From Spirochaetia bacterium (GTDB lineage: Bacteria > Spirochaetota > Spirochaetia > DSM-2461), in assembly GCA_963668315.1 (NCBI GenBank), contig OY764216.1:3520001-3584000 (forward strand): a stretch of DNA of 64,000 nucleotides. Direction: 5' to 3'. Positions 10,247 through 19,824 of this stretch are shown one piece after another (the stretch's first letter is position 1; each line of letters opens with the position of its first letter). The position numbers were made by a program, and so were the translations under genes. A model generated the notes under the pieces. The model worked only from the letters and a program-made list of their open reading frames with translations. It was not told the DNA's origin and ran no database searches.

Positions 10247-11335
10247 ATGATGAAATTACACACTACCATAGGCGGAATGGATTTTAAAAACCCCCTTCTG
10301 CCCGCATCCGGTCCGCTGGTCGGAGACAAGGAAAAAATGATGGAATTGTACCGCCTGGGAGTCGGCGGAATGGTCAGCAAAACCATCTCTCTGGAAGCGG
10401 CCCAGGTCCCCCGGCCCTGTATCAGCTCGGGGAAAAACTTCATAACCAATGCCGAACTCTGGTCGGAATACCCCATGGAGATGTGGAAGGACGAAATTCT
10501 TCCCTCCCTCAAGCCGGAACTGGATATTCCCCTCCTGGTCAGTGTGGGCTACACGAAATCGGACATGACAGGACTGATTCCCGCCCTGGAACCTTTCGCC
10601 GACGGGTTTGAAGTCTCCACCCACTATGTGGGCAAGGATCTCTCGGTCATCAGGGAAACGGTCAGAACGATCCGGTCTCTCACGGAGAAGCCCTTTTTTA
10701 TGAAAGTATCCCCCCATATGCCCGATCCGGTGGCCTTCTGCGAAATGGTTATGGAAAACGGCGGGAACGGGATTGTCGCCATCAACTCCCTGGGCCCGGC
10801 CATGTCCATCGACTTGAAGAGCCGTTCCGTGGCCATGGGAAACGGACAGGGGGAATCCTGGATGTCCGGTCCGGCCATCAAACCCATCGCCCTCGCTTTC
10901 ATCTCACGGATTAAAAGGGCCATCCCCGAATGTGAGATCTTCGGTGTGGGGGGGATTGCCTCGGCCGACGACGTCATCGAGTTCCTTCTCGCCGGTGCCA
11001 GCGCCGTACAGATGCTGTCGGGCGCCATGCTTTATGGGGTGGATCTTTACCGTAAGATTATTGAAGCTCTCCCGGGAAGGCTGGAGCATTACGGTTTTTC
11101 CTCCGTAAAGGATGTTGTCGACACCGATCTGATCATTCCGGAAATCGCCTACAAAAAGCATATGCCCGACATTGACGGGGAGAGGTGTCTGCTCTGCAAC
11201 CGATGCGTTAAAGTCTGTCCCTACAGAGCATTAAGCCATCAGGACAGGGGGATTGTTCTTGCCGAAGAGAAATGCTTCGGCTGTACTCTCTGCCAGTCGA
11301 TCTGTCCGGTGAACGCGATAGACTGTAAAGTTTGA
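10247..11335 (+). CDS. Dihydroorotate/dihydropyrimidine dehydrogenase-like FMN protein with C-terminal 2x[4Fe-4S] domain (PreA-like)
   Basis: FKNPLLPASGP, SKT, KVSP, INS, MSGPAIKP, GVGGI, AGASAVQ and two CxxCxxCxxxCP motifs. The canonical NxSCP loop is absent. Confidence 0.8.
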   Translation: MMKLHTTIGGMDFKNPLLPASGPLVGDKEKMMELYRLGVGGMVSKTISLEAAQVPRPCISSGKNFITNAELWSEYPMEMWKDEILPSLKPELDIPLLVSVGYTKSDMTGLIPALEPFADGFEVSTHYVGKDLSVIRETVRTIRSLTEKPFFMKVSPHMPDPVAFCEMVMENGGNGIVAINSLGPAMSIDLKSRSVAMGNGQGESWMSGPAIKPIALAFISRIKRAIPECEIFGVGGIASADDVIEFLLAGASAVQMLSGAMLYGVDLYRKIIEALPGRLEHYGFSSVKDVVDTDLIIPEIAYKKHMPDIDGERCLLCNRCVKVCPYRALSHQDRGIVLAEEKCFGCTLCQSICPVNAIDCKV

Positions 11336-11355
11336 AGAAATATTGCGGCAACCCT

Positions 11356-11404
11356 TTGCCATAAAAAGTGATTAGTGCTATTATACATATTTAATAGCAC
11401 TAAA
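11356..11404 (+). promoter_or_regulatory. Sigma70 promoter of the Mo-hydroxylase genes, overlapped by a 12-bp inverted-repeat operator
   Basis: TTGCCA (11356-61), N17, TATTAT (11379-84) with TG extension. TTAGTGCTATTA-N8-TAATAGCACTAA at 11372-11403. Confidence 0.75.
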
Positions 11405-11421
11405 CAAAAAGGGGAGATGAT

Positions 11422-13584
11422 ATGGGGAAATGCCTGGATATGAAATCCACCGCCGCATCTGTCATAAAAACAGATCATTCAGAAAAATGTGACGGTTCCC
11501 TGGTGTATCTTAATGACAGAAGGGATGAATATCTCTTCGGCAGGCTTTACCGTTCGGGAGAAGCGGCCGCAGAGATTCTCTCCTATACTCTCCCCGAGCT
11601 TCCCGAGGGGTATTATATCATCGGCGCAAAGGATATCCGGGAAAAGAATGTCGTGAAAATCGTCGTGGATGACCAGCCCGTCTTTGCCGATAAACGGGTT
11701 ACCTATATCGGCGAACCTATTTTCCTGATAGCCGGCAAGGACCGGGAAATCATTCAGAAAATCCACGATTCCATCGTTATCGAATATAAAAAAATCCCCC
11801 CCCTGTTCGATTTTGAAAGCCGGTGCGACCGCGGGATCTCCCACATGGTCAGTTATCATCTGGGGGCAAAACGGGAAGACGTCCTGGAGCTGGAAAAGAA
11901 GGCCTTCACGGTTAAAACCGAAGAGTTCCGGACCCCTCTTCAGGAGCATGTCTACCTGGAGCCCCAGGCCGTTATGGGCTATATAGACGGGGAGGGCCGT
12001 GTTACGGTGGAAGGGAGCATGCAGTGCCCCTACTATGTGAAGAACGCCGTCATGGCTATTCTGGGACTGTCGGAGGAAAGGGTACGCGTCATTCAGACTC
12101 CCACGGGGGGAGCCTTCGGAGGCAAGGAGGATTACCCCTCCCTCATCGCCTGCCAGGTCGCCGTCGCCGCTTCGGTTATCGGTAAACCGGTCCTTCTCTC
12201 CTTTGACCGTCATGAGGATATGTCCTATACCACCAAGCGTCATCCGTCCCTTGTCCGTTACCGCACATCCCTCGATGAGGGGGGCAGCATCCTGGGCATG
12301 AGCATCGAGGTGTTTCTGGACGGGGGAGCCAATGAGGGTCTCAGTTCCGTTGTTCTCCAGCGGGCCCTGATCAACTGTATCGGTGTGTACTCCCTTCCTC
12401 TTGTCTATGCCGAGGGACACGTGGTGTTTACCAACAATGTACCCAACGGCGCCTTCCGGGGGTTCGGAGCGCCTCAGACCATTGCCTCCCTGGAAGCCCA
12501 CATGGCCCATATCGCCCGCGATTTTTCCCGGGATCCCCTGGAATACAAAAAGGCTTATGTCGTTTCCCAGGGTGATAGATCGGTAACGGGAGGCATTTTC
12601 CGGGATCCCGTCCTGGTGTCGGAAATGATTAAAGATGTTAAGAGCCGAGTCCGTTACGATGAAAAGAAAAGGGAATTCGCCCTTTTCAACCGGGAGAACC
12701 CCCGTTACAGAAAAGGCATCGGGACCTCGCTTTTTCTTCACGGATGCGGATTCACCGGCAGCGGAGAGAGGGACCACATCAAAGCGGTCGTCCGCCTGGA
12801 AAAGGATGAACGGGACGAAGTGATCATCAGAATCGCCAATGTCGATATGGGGCAGGGGCTTTTCACCACCATGAGTAAAATCGTCGGGGACACCCTGGGT
12901 GTGGATTACAGAACGATCCGCTTTCCCTATCCCGATACACTCTACGCACCCAACTCCGGGCCGACCGTGGCCTCCCGAACCATTATGATCGTGGGAAAAA
13001 TTCTGGAAAGAGCGGCCCTGCGCCTTAAGGACAACTGGAAGTCCGGAGAGAAGCAGGTCATCATCGAGCACTATGTCCACGATGAATCGGCCCTTCCCTG
13101 GGATGAGAAAAGTTTCACCGGCGATGCTTATCCGGCCTACTCCTGGGGGGTTAATATGACCGAGGTGACCGTGGACACCCTGACAGGACATATCGATATA
13201 GACCATATCGATGCCTCCTATGATATTGGAAAAGCCATTGACGAACGGATTATCCGCGGGCAGATTGACGGTGGGGTCGCCCAGAGTACAGCCTACGCTT
13301 ACCTGGAGAATATGGAAAACAGTGAGGGAATCATCCTGCAGAAAAGTATTTCCGATTACGGTCCCCCCACCTCCATGGACGTTTCCCCCATCGAGAGCCA
13401 TCTTTATGACAACCCCTATAAGGACGGCCCCATGGGAGCCAAGGGAGCCGGCGAGCTGACGTTTATCGGGGGAGCGCCCGCCGTTCAGGGAGCCGTGGAG
13501 GATGCCCTGGAAATCCCCCTATACCGTCTGCCCCTGACTCCGGAATACATACTGGACGTTCTCAGCAACCGGGAGGAGAATTAA
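11422..13584 (+). CDS. Xanthine dehydrogenase family molybdopterin-binding subunit
   Basis: QEHVYLEP, GGAFGGKE, GAFRGFGAPQ, DMGQG, TVASR, AKGAGE. Confidence 0.92.
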   Translation: MGKCLDMKSTAASVIKTDHSEKCDGSLVYLNDRRDEYLFGRLYRSGEAAAEILSYTLPELPEGYYIIGAKDIREKNVVKIVVDDQPVFADKRVTYIGEPIFLIAGKDREIIQKIHDSIVIEYKKIPPLFDFESRCDRGISHMVSYHLGAKREDVLELEKKAFTVKTEEFRTPLQEHVYLEPQAVMGYIDGEGRVTVEGSMQCPYYVKNAVMAILGLSEERVRVIQTPTGGAFGGKEDYPSLIACQVAVAASVIGKPVLLSFDRHEDMSYTTKRHPSLVRYRTSLDEGGSILGMSIEVFLDGGANEGLSSVVLQRALINCIGVYSLPLVYAEGHVVFTNNVPNGAFRGFGAPQTIASLEAHMAHIARDFSRDPLEYKKAYVVSQGDRSVTGGIFRDPVLVSEMIKDVKSRVRYDEKKREFALFNRENPRYRKGIGTSLFLHGCGFTGSGERDHIKAVVRLEKDERDEVIIRIANVDMGQGLFTTMSKIVGDTLGVDYRTIRFPYPDTLYAPNSGPTVASRTIMIVGKILERAALRLKDNWKSGEKQVIIEHYVHDESALPWDEKSFTGDAYPAYSWGVNMTEVTVDTLTGHIDIDHIDASYDIGKAIDERIIRGQIDGGVAQSTAYAYLENMENSEGIILQKSISDYGPPTSMDVSPIESHLYDNPYKDGPMGAKGAGELTFIGGAPAVQGAVEDALEIPLYRLPLTPEYILDVLSNREEN

Positions 13585-13585
13585 G

Positions 13586-14053
13586 ATGATATCTTTTATA
13601 TTGAATAACGAGGCTGTCACCGTTGACAAGCCGGCGGCCACGCCGCTCTTGCAGATTCTGCGCAGTGAATTCGCCTTGATGGGATCAAAGGAGGGGTGCG
13701 GTGACGGTGAATGCGGCGCCTGCAGCGTTCTTATCGACAACCGCCTGCATACCAGCTGTATCTATCCCCTGGGCAATGCGTCGGGAAAGAGCATCCTGAC
13801 GATTGAGGGATTCAGCCATACGGATCAGTTCAAATGTCTCGATGACGCCTTCGCCCGGTGCGGGGCGGTGCAGTGCGGATTCTGCACGCCCGGGATGATA
13901 CTGGCCTCCCAGGCCCTGCTGGTAAAGAATCCCGATCCTTCCCTCGATGAAGTGAAAGAGGCCCTATCGGGTAACCTCTGCCGCTGCACCGGTTACAATA
14001 TGATTTTCGAAGCGGTCCTTCTGGCGGCTAAGGAGGGAAAGGGCTTATGGTAG
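13586..14053 (+). CDS. Xanthine dehydrogenase family 2Fe-2S subunit
   Basis: KEGCGDGECGACSV, QCGFCTPG, GNLCRCTGY. Confidence 0.93.
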   Translation: MISFILNNEAVTVDKPAATPLLQILRSEFALMGSKEGCGDGECGACSVLIDNRLHTSCIYPLGNASGKSILTIEGFSHTDQFKCLDDAFARCGAVQCGFCTPGMILASQALLVKNPDPSLDEVKEALSGNLCRCTGYNMIFEAVLLAAKEGKGLW

Positions 14054-14901
14054 AATACAGACCGGCCTCTCTTCAGGAGGCGCTGAAAATCGCTTCCCAA
14101 GAGAAAGTCACCCCCCTGGCGGGAGGAACGGATCTCATGGTCCGGTTCAAGTCTCCCTTCAAGAAAGAGGCGTGTATAGAAAAACCGCTGTTCCTGGGAG
14201 AACTGTCTGAAATGAAGGGGATCTGCAGGGAAAAGGGATTTCTCATGATAGGCGCCGGGGAGACGCTGTCCTGCCTCTCCTCCCGTCCGGAGATACCCCC
14301 CGTTTTCAGAGAGGCCCTCTCCCAGATTGGGTCGCCGGCCATACGGAATCAGGGGACTTTGGGAGGTAACATCTGCAATGCCTCTCCCGCGGGCGATTCT
14401 CTTCCCCTTCTGTATCTGTTTAAAGCCGATATGGTTCTGGTTTCCTCCACCGGGGAACGCATCGTTCCTCTGGCCGATTTTATCACCGGTCCGGGGCGGA
14501 CCGTCAGGGAAGAGGGGGAACTTCTCTGGAAAATAAGAATAGGGGAGGAGTACCTTTCCGATAAATATTTTTATATTTTCGAAAAGATGGGGAACAGAAA
14601 GGCCGATGCCATTTCCAAGGCCTCCTTTGCCCTGAGGCTCTCTCTGGAAAGGGGAAAAATTATTGATATGGACGCGGCTTTCGGAGCCATGGGCCCGAAA
14701 GTGACCCTTCTGAACGATGAAATCAGGCAGCTTTTCCTGGGGCGGGACTATCCTCTTTCCGATCTGGACGGATCGGCCCTCAGGGAAAAGCTCTACCGTC
14801 TGCTGACACCCATAGACGACCAGAGGTCCACGGCGGATTACAGAAGGCGGGTGGCTCTCAATCTTCTCTCCTTCCATATGACTACGGATCAGAAAAAATA
14901 A
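14047..14901 (+). CDS. Xanthine dehydrogenase family FAD-binding subunit
   Basis: LAGGTDL, IRNQGTLGGNICNASPAGD, PIDDQRSTADYRR. Confidence 0.92.
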   Translation: MVEYRPASLQEALKIASQEKVTPLAGGTDLMVRFKSPFKKEACIEKPLFLGELSEMKGICREKGFLMIGAGETLSCLSSRPEIPPVFREALSQIGSPAIRNQGTLGGNICNASPAGDSLPLLYLFKADMVLVSSTGERIVPLADFITGPGRTVREEGELLWKIRIGEEYLSDKYFYIFEKMGNRKADAISKASFALRLSLERGKIIDMDAAFGAMGPKVTLLNDEIRQLFLGRDYPLSDLDGSALREKLYRLLTPIDDQRSTADYRRRVALNLLSFHMTTDQKK

Positions 14902-14920
14902 ACAGGCCAGGTGACAATAT

Positions 14921-17647
14921 ATGAAAACCATTACATGCAGGATTAACGGAAAACAGATAGAAGCTCAGGTTGAACAGAAAGAGAGGCTCCTCAACTATCT
15001 ACGGGAGGAACTCGGCCTCATGGGCAGCAAAAACGGCTGCGGAACCGGCCATTGCGGAACCTGTACCGTCATCATTGACGGTCAGGCCAAACGCTCCTGT
15101 GCGGTCACCATGGCTTCCTGCGAGGGAAAATCCATCGAAACCATTGAATCCCTCGGTTCGGAGGACAAGCTTCACCCCCTGCAGTACGCCTTTATCGAAG
15201 AAGGCGCCGTCCAGTGCGGTTTCTGTACACCGGGGATGATTATGGCATCCAAGGCTCTGCTGGACAGTAATCTTTCCCCCTCAGAAGAGGAGATCCGCCA
15301 TGCCCTGAGGCATAATATATGCCGCTGTACCGGTTACGAGGCCATCTTCCGGGCCGTGAGAAAAGCGGCGGCCATTATGCGCGGCGAAGAGGCCTATGAG
15401 GCGCCCCGTTTTGACCGGGGCAGTTATATCGGTACCAATGTTCCGAAGAAAGACGGTATGGCGAAAGTTCTGGGGGCGCCCATCTTCGCCGACGATCTCA
15501 AGGAACGGGATATGCTCTACGGAGTCCCCCTCTTCAGCGAATATGCCCACGCCGAAATTCTCTCCATCCGAACGGAGGAAGCCGCCGCACAGGAGGGTGT
15601 GGTAAAAGTCGCCACCTATGAAGACGTGCCGGGAATCAACAAGTTCGGTCTCTTTGTTCCCCAGCAGCCCGTTCTCTGCCGTGACAAGGTGAAATATTTT
15701 GGCGATGTGGTCGCCTGCGTCTATGCAAAGACTAAGGAAGCGGCAAGGAAAGCCGCAGCCCTGATCCGTGTTGAATATCGGCCCCTGACTCCCCTTATCG
15801 ATGCGGAGGAGAACATCAAAGACGGGGCGGAACTCATCCATGAGGGAAGCGAGAATAATATCGTCCACCATGTCAGCGTCCGCAAGGGCGACGTGGAGCA
15901 GGGTTTTGCCGAAGCCGATGTGGTCATAGAAAATGTCTACCAGACCCAGGCCGTGGAACATGCCTATCTGGAACCGGAATCCTGCCTGACCAGAATGGAG
16001 GAGGGCGTCCTGACCCTTTATTCGGGGAGCCAGGGTTCTTTCGCCTATAAAAAGATGATTCAGGAGAACCTGAACCTCTCCGACGAAAAGGTCCGGGTCG
16101 TTTTCATGGCGACCGGAGGCGGATTCGGCGGCAAGGAGGAGCCTACCATTCAGATTCTCGCGTCCCTGGGAACCCTACTTACGGGAAAAACGGTGAAAAT
16201 GGTCATGACCAGGGAAGAATCCATCAGGATGAGCACCAAGCGGCATCCCATGAAGATATGGATGAAGCACGGCATCACGAAGGACGGTCGCATTACCGCC
16301 ATGAGTTCCAAAGTGATCGGGGACGCCGGCGCCTACGTCTCTCAGACTAATCCGGTCATTTTCCGTTCCGCCGTCACCGCCTCCGGCCCCTATCGGGTGG
16401 ACAGGGTGAAAGCCGATTCCTACGGCGTCTATACCCATAAGAATCCCCACGGGGCCTTCCGGGGATTCGGAAGCACCCAGGCGAGTTTTGCCTGTGAGAG
16501 CCAGATGGACCAGCTGGCCGCCGCCATCGGTATGGATCCCTATACGCTGCGTGAAATCAACGGTTTCGCCCGGGGGGGGGAGACTAGTACGGGGCAGCTC
16601 CTTAAAGACGGGGTGGGGTACCTGGATACCCTGAAGGATGCCCATCGGGGACTTCTGAAAATGAAGGAGGAATTTACTCCTCTGGATCGGCCGGAACATA
16701 TCAAGCTGGGATTCGGTATAGCCAGCGCCTATAAAAACGTGGGCATCGGTACGGGGCTGGCGGACAAGGCGGGAGCCTATGTGGAGATTACAGACAAGGG
16801 CCGCATACTCGTGAGCATCGGAGCGACCGATATGGGGCAGGGCGTGGATACACTCTGCGCCCAGATTGCCGGAAGCGTCCTTGACGTGCCCTATGGCCTG
16901 ATAGACGTTATCGCCTGCGATACCCTGACCTGTCCCGACGGAGGTATGACCACCGCCTCAAGGCAGACCTATGTCACGGGAAATGCGGTGAAGGAAGCCG
17001 CCATGATGCTCAGGGATAACCTCTCTCCCTACCTTAAGAAACTGGATTCCGTTGGAACGGAAGATCTGGTCCGGATCTACGATCAGGCGGGGAAAGACGG
17101 AATCAAACGGAAAATAGAACACGATTATTACCCCCCGAAGACCTACGCCCACAGAAGCGATGCGAACGTTAAGGAAGGGGAGGACCGTTCCACCTACGAC
17201 ATCCATTACTCCTACTGCTTCGCTTCGGCGGCCGTAGCCCTGGAAGTGAACAAGATGACGGGAGAAGTGAAAGTACTCAAGGTCTATGCCTCCCAGGACG
17301 TGGGCAAAGCGATAAATCCCAAGAACGTCATTGGCCAGATTGAGGGCGCCGTTGCCATGGGTGTCGGCCTGGGGCTGAGTGAGGAATTTGTGGTGGACGG
17401 CGAGAAAATCCACAATAAAAACCTCCGTTCCCTGGGGCTGCTGACAAGCGTGACCATGCCGCCCGTGGTGGCAAGTTACGTGGAGGAGCCCCAGCTGGAA
17501 GGTCCCTTCGGTGCCAAAGGCATGGGGGAAGTCGGACTGAATCCCGTGGCTCCTGCCATAGCCAACGCCATTGACGACGCCATCGGCATACGGTTCACGC
17601 ACCTTCCGATAAAACCGGAGAAAATATTACAGGCCCTGAACGGTTGA
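14921..17647 (+). CDS. Fused 2Fe-2S + molybdopterin-binding hydroxylase (architecture of selenium-dependent xanthine dehydrogenases)
   Basis: N-terminal KNGCGTGHCGTC/QCGFCTPG/NICRCTGY, then GGGFGGKE, GAFRGFG, DMGQG, TTASRQT, AKGMGE. Confidence 0.9.
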   Translation: MKTITCRINGKQIEAQVEQKERLLNYLREELGLMGSKNGCGTGHCGTCTVIIDGQAKRSCAVTMASCEGKSIETIESLGSEDKLHPLQYAFIEEGAVQCGFCTPGMIMASKALLDSNLSPSEEEIRHALRHNICRCTGYEAIFRAVRKAAAIMRGEEAYEAPRFDRGSYIGTNVPKKDGMAKVLGAPIFADDLKERDMLYGVPLFSEYAHAEILSIRTEEAAAQEGVVKVATYEDVPGINKFGLFVPQQPVLCRDKVKYFGDVVACVYAKTKEAARKAAALIRVEYRPLTPLIDAEENIKDGAELIHEGSENNIVHHVSVRKGDVEQGFAEADVVIENVYQTQAVEHAYLEPESCLTRMEEGVLTLYSGSQGSFAYKKMIQENLNLSDEKVRVVFMATGGGFGGKEEPTIQILASLGTLLTGKTVKMVMTREESIRMSTKRHPMKIWMKHGITKDGRITAMSSKVIGDAGAYVSQTNPVIFRSAVTASGPYRVDRVKADSYGVYTHKNPHGAFRGFGSTQASFACESQMDQLAAAIGMDPYTLREINGFARGGETSTGQLLKDGVGYLDTLKDAHRGLLKMKEEFTPLDRPEHIKLGFGIASAYKNVGIGTGLADKAGAYVEITDKGRILVSIGATDMGQGVDTLCAQIAGSVLDVPYGLIDVIACDTLTCPDGGMTTASRQTYVTGNAVKEAAMMLRDNLSPYLKKLDSVGTEDLVRIYDQAGKDGIKRKIEHDYYPPKTYAHRSDANVKEGEDRSTYDIHYSYCFASAAVALEVNKMTGEVKVLKVYASQDVGKAINPKNVIGQIEGAVAMGVGLGLSEEFVVDGEKIHNKNLRSLGLLTSVTMPPVVASYVEEPQLEGPFGAKGMGEVGLNPVAPAIANAIDDAIGIRFTHLPIKPEKILQALNG

Positions 17648-17675
17648 TAACCGGAAGGCAGACAGGATAAGGACA

Positions 17676-18212
17676 ATGCTGGGAAAAAAGATCAAAGAAA
17701 AGAGAATGGAACTCGGAATGAGCCAGAGACAGCTGGCGGAAATGACCGATCTGACGCCGGGCTTTCTCAGCCAGATTGAAAGGGATCTGGCCGAGCCCTC
17801 CATCACGTCACTGCGGAAAATCGCGAAAGCCCTGAATGTGGCGGTTTTCTACTTTCTCATGAATGACGACGAAAAGAAGATCGTGGTGAAGAAAGACGAG
17901 AGGCAGAAACTGAATTTCCATAACTCCCACATGACCTATGAGCTGCTTTCCCCCGATCTTAACCGGCAGATGGAAATGTTCATGGGCGAACTTGAACCGG
18001 GCGCCATGACCTGTGAGGAGCCCCTGACCCATCCCGGCGAAGAGGTAACCCACGTATTGCAGGGAGAGATGTGGATCAAGGTGGGGGATGACGAATATTC
18101 CCTGGAACAGGGGGATACCATCTATTACCAGGGGAATATCCCCCATCAGATAAAGAATACCGGTTCCGGCATGATGGTCTTTATCTCAACCATCACCCCT
18201 CCCTTATTCTAG
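17676..18212 (+). CDS. XRE-family HTH-cupin transcriptional regulator
   Basis: N-terminal HTH_3 (SQRQLAEMTDLTPGFLSQIER..AEPS) and C-terminal cupin (HPGEE...PH). Confidence 0.92.
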   Translation: MLGKKIKEKRMELGMSQRQLAEMTDLTPGFLSQIERDLAEPSITSLRKIAKALNVAVFYFLMNDDEKKIVVKKDERQKLNFHNSHMTYELLSPDLNRQMEMFMGELEPGAMTCEEPLTHPGEEVTHVLQGEMWIKVGDDEYSLEQGDTIYYQGNIPHQIKNTGSGMMVFISTITPPLF

Positions 18213-18278
18213 GGCAGACAGGCCGCTGCCCCTATTAACAAGAAGTCATTTAATAGCAATATAAAAGGAGAAAGTATT

Positions 18279-19676
18279 ATGACTAAAACTCAACAGAACG
18301 GAGGGGATCTGATCTTCAGACTGGAAGACCGGCCCTCCGCAGGAAAGGCGTTTTTTGCCTCTCTGCAGCATCTGATGGCTATCTTCATCGGAATTGTCAC
18401 CCCCGCCATCGTTATTTCCGGCGCCCTGGGATTCAGTACGGAAACCTCTTCCTATCTGATCAGCATGTCCCTCTTCGTCTCCGGCGTGGCCACCTTTATC
18501 CAGTGCCGCAAGTTCGGCATCGTCGGATCGGGACTTCTGAGCATTCAGGGAACAAGTTTCACCTTCCTGTCCCTCTGCATCAGCATCGGTTTTTCCGTGA
18601 AGGGAGCCGGCGGATCGGAAAGGGAAATCCTGGCGGCCATATTCGGCACCTGTCTCATCGCTTCCCCCGTGGAGATGATATTCAGCCGCTTTATCCCCAT
18701 GCTCAAGAAAATCATCACCCCCCTTGTCAGCGGTATCGTGGTAACCCTTATCGGTATGTCCCTGATCAAAGTGGGCCTGACCGATGTGGGCGGCGGCAGC
18801 TGGCTTCTTTCCAACAAGCCGGAACTCTTCGCCAGTCCCCGCAACCTGATGCTGGCCGGTATCGTTCTTGTCGTGGTGATTCTTTTCAACCGGAGCCGGA
18901 ACAAGTGGCTTCGCATGGGAGCCATCGTTTTCGGTCTGGTGGCCGGTTACGCGGTGGCCGCTTTCCTCGGCCAGGTCAACTTCGGCAACATATCCAGCCT
19001 CAAAATCGTGGCCCTTCCCATCCCCTTCCGCTTCGGACTGGCCGTCAGCTGGCCCCATGTCATCCCCATGGCCCTTCTGTTCCTCGTGACCACCGTGGAA
19101 TCCATGGGAGACCTGACGGCTACCTCCATGATCTCCGGCGAACCGGTGGAAGGCGACGTGTACATGAAACGCATTTCCGGCGGCATTCTGGGTGACGGTA
19201 TCAATTCCGCCCTCGCCGCGATATTCAACACCTTCCCCAACACGACATTCAGCCAGAACAACGGCGTCATCCAGATGACCGGTGTCGCCAGCCGCTACGT
19301 GGGCTACTGGATCTCCGGCCTGCTCGTTATTTTCGGCCTGTTCCCCATCGTGGGCGGACTCTTCTCCATTATTCCCAACTCCGTTCTCGGAGGGGCCACC
19401 ATTATCATGTTCGGTACGGTGGCGGCTTCGGGTATCAGAATCATTGCCACCAGCATCATCGACAGAAGAGGTGTCCTTATCATGGCCCTCTCCTTTTCCA
19501 TGGGACTGGGAGTGGTATTCGTTCCCGAGATTCTGCAGGCTCTGCCTCCCTTCTTCAAGGGCGTTCTCGGTTCCGCCATCACTACCGGCGGTCTGACGGC
19601 TATTCTTTTGAACATCGTGCTTCCCCGCAGTTTTCATGAACAGCCCGTGGACGAACCCATGAAGGACATGATCTGA
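18279..19676 (+). CDS. NCS2 nucleobase:cation symporter (XanP/xanthine-urate permease-like)
   Basis: QH motif in TM1, VESMGD and NCS2 signature TFSQNNGVIQMTGVASR. AAGGAG RBS. Confidence 0.92.
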   Translation: MTKTQQNGGDLIFRLEDRPSAGKAFFASLQHLMAIFIGIVTPAIVISGALGFSTETSSYLISMSLFVSGVATFIQCRKFGIVGSGLLSIQGTSFTFLSLCISIGFSVKGAGGSEREILAAIFGTCLIASPVEMIFSRFIPMLKKIITPLVSGIVVTLIGMSLIKVGLTDVGGGSWLLSNKPELFASPRNLMLAGIVLVVVILFNRSRNKWLRMGAIVFGLVAGYAVAAFLGQVNFGNISSLKIVALPIPFRFGLAVSWPHVIPMALLFLVTTVESMGDLTATSMISGEPVEGDVYMKRISGGILGDGINSALAAIFNTFPNTTFSQNNGVIQMTGVASRYVGYWISGLLVIFGLFPIVGGLFSIIPNSVLGGATIIMFGTVAASGIRIIATSIIDRRGVLIMALSFSMGLGVVFVPEILQALPPFFKGVLGSAITTGGLTAILLNIVLPRSFHEQPVDEPMKDMI

Positions 19677-19702
19677 TTCTGACGGCGCCGTTCCTATAAA
19701 AG

Positions 19703-19736
19703 AGGCTGTCCCATAAGTCATGGGGCAGCCTTTTTC
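19703..19736 (+). terminator. Rho-independent terminator after the permease
   Basis: AGGCTGTCCCAT-aagtc-ATGGGGCAGCCT followed by a T run. Confidence 0.8.
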
Positions 19737-19824
19737 TGGGGAAAACTTTGTGCTGATTGCCCTCAGAATGGCCTGGCATGGTGAAGTCTGTGTTTCCATA
19801 CACAGACCGTTTCTGAAGAAAACC

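Noticed and set aside
17645..17650. TGA stop of the Mo-hydroxylase gene as possible selenocysteine
   Set aside because: TGA is followed at once by TAA at the natural protein end. Selenium in this family is a labile cofactor rather than Sec.
19703..19731. GGCTGTCCCA inverted repeat reminiscent of IS/MITE ends
   Set aside because: No transposase and no second copy was noticed. It is fully explained as a terminator.
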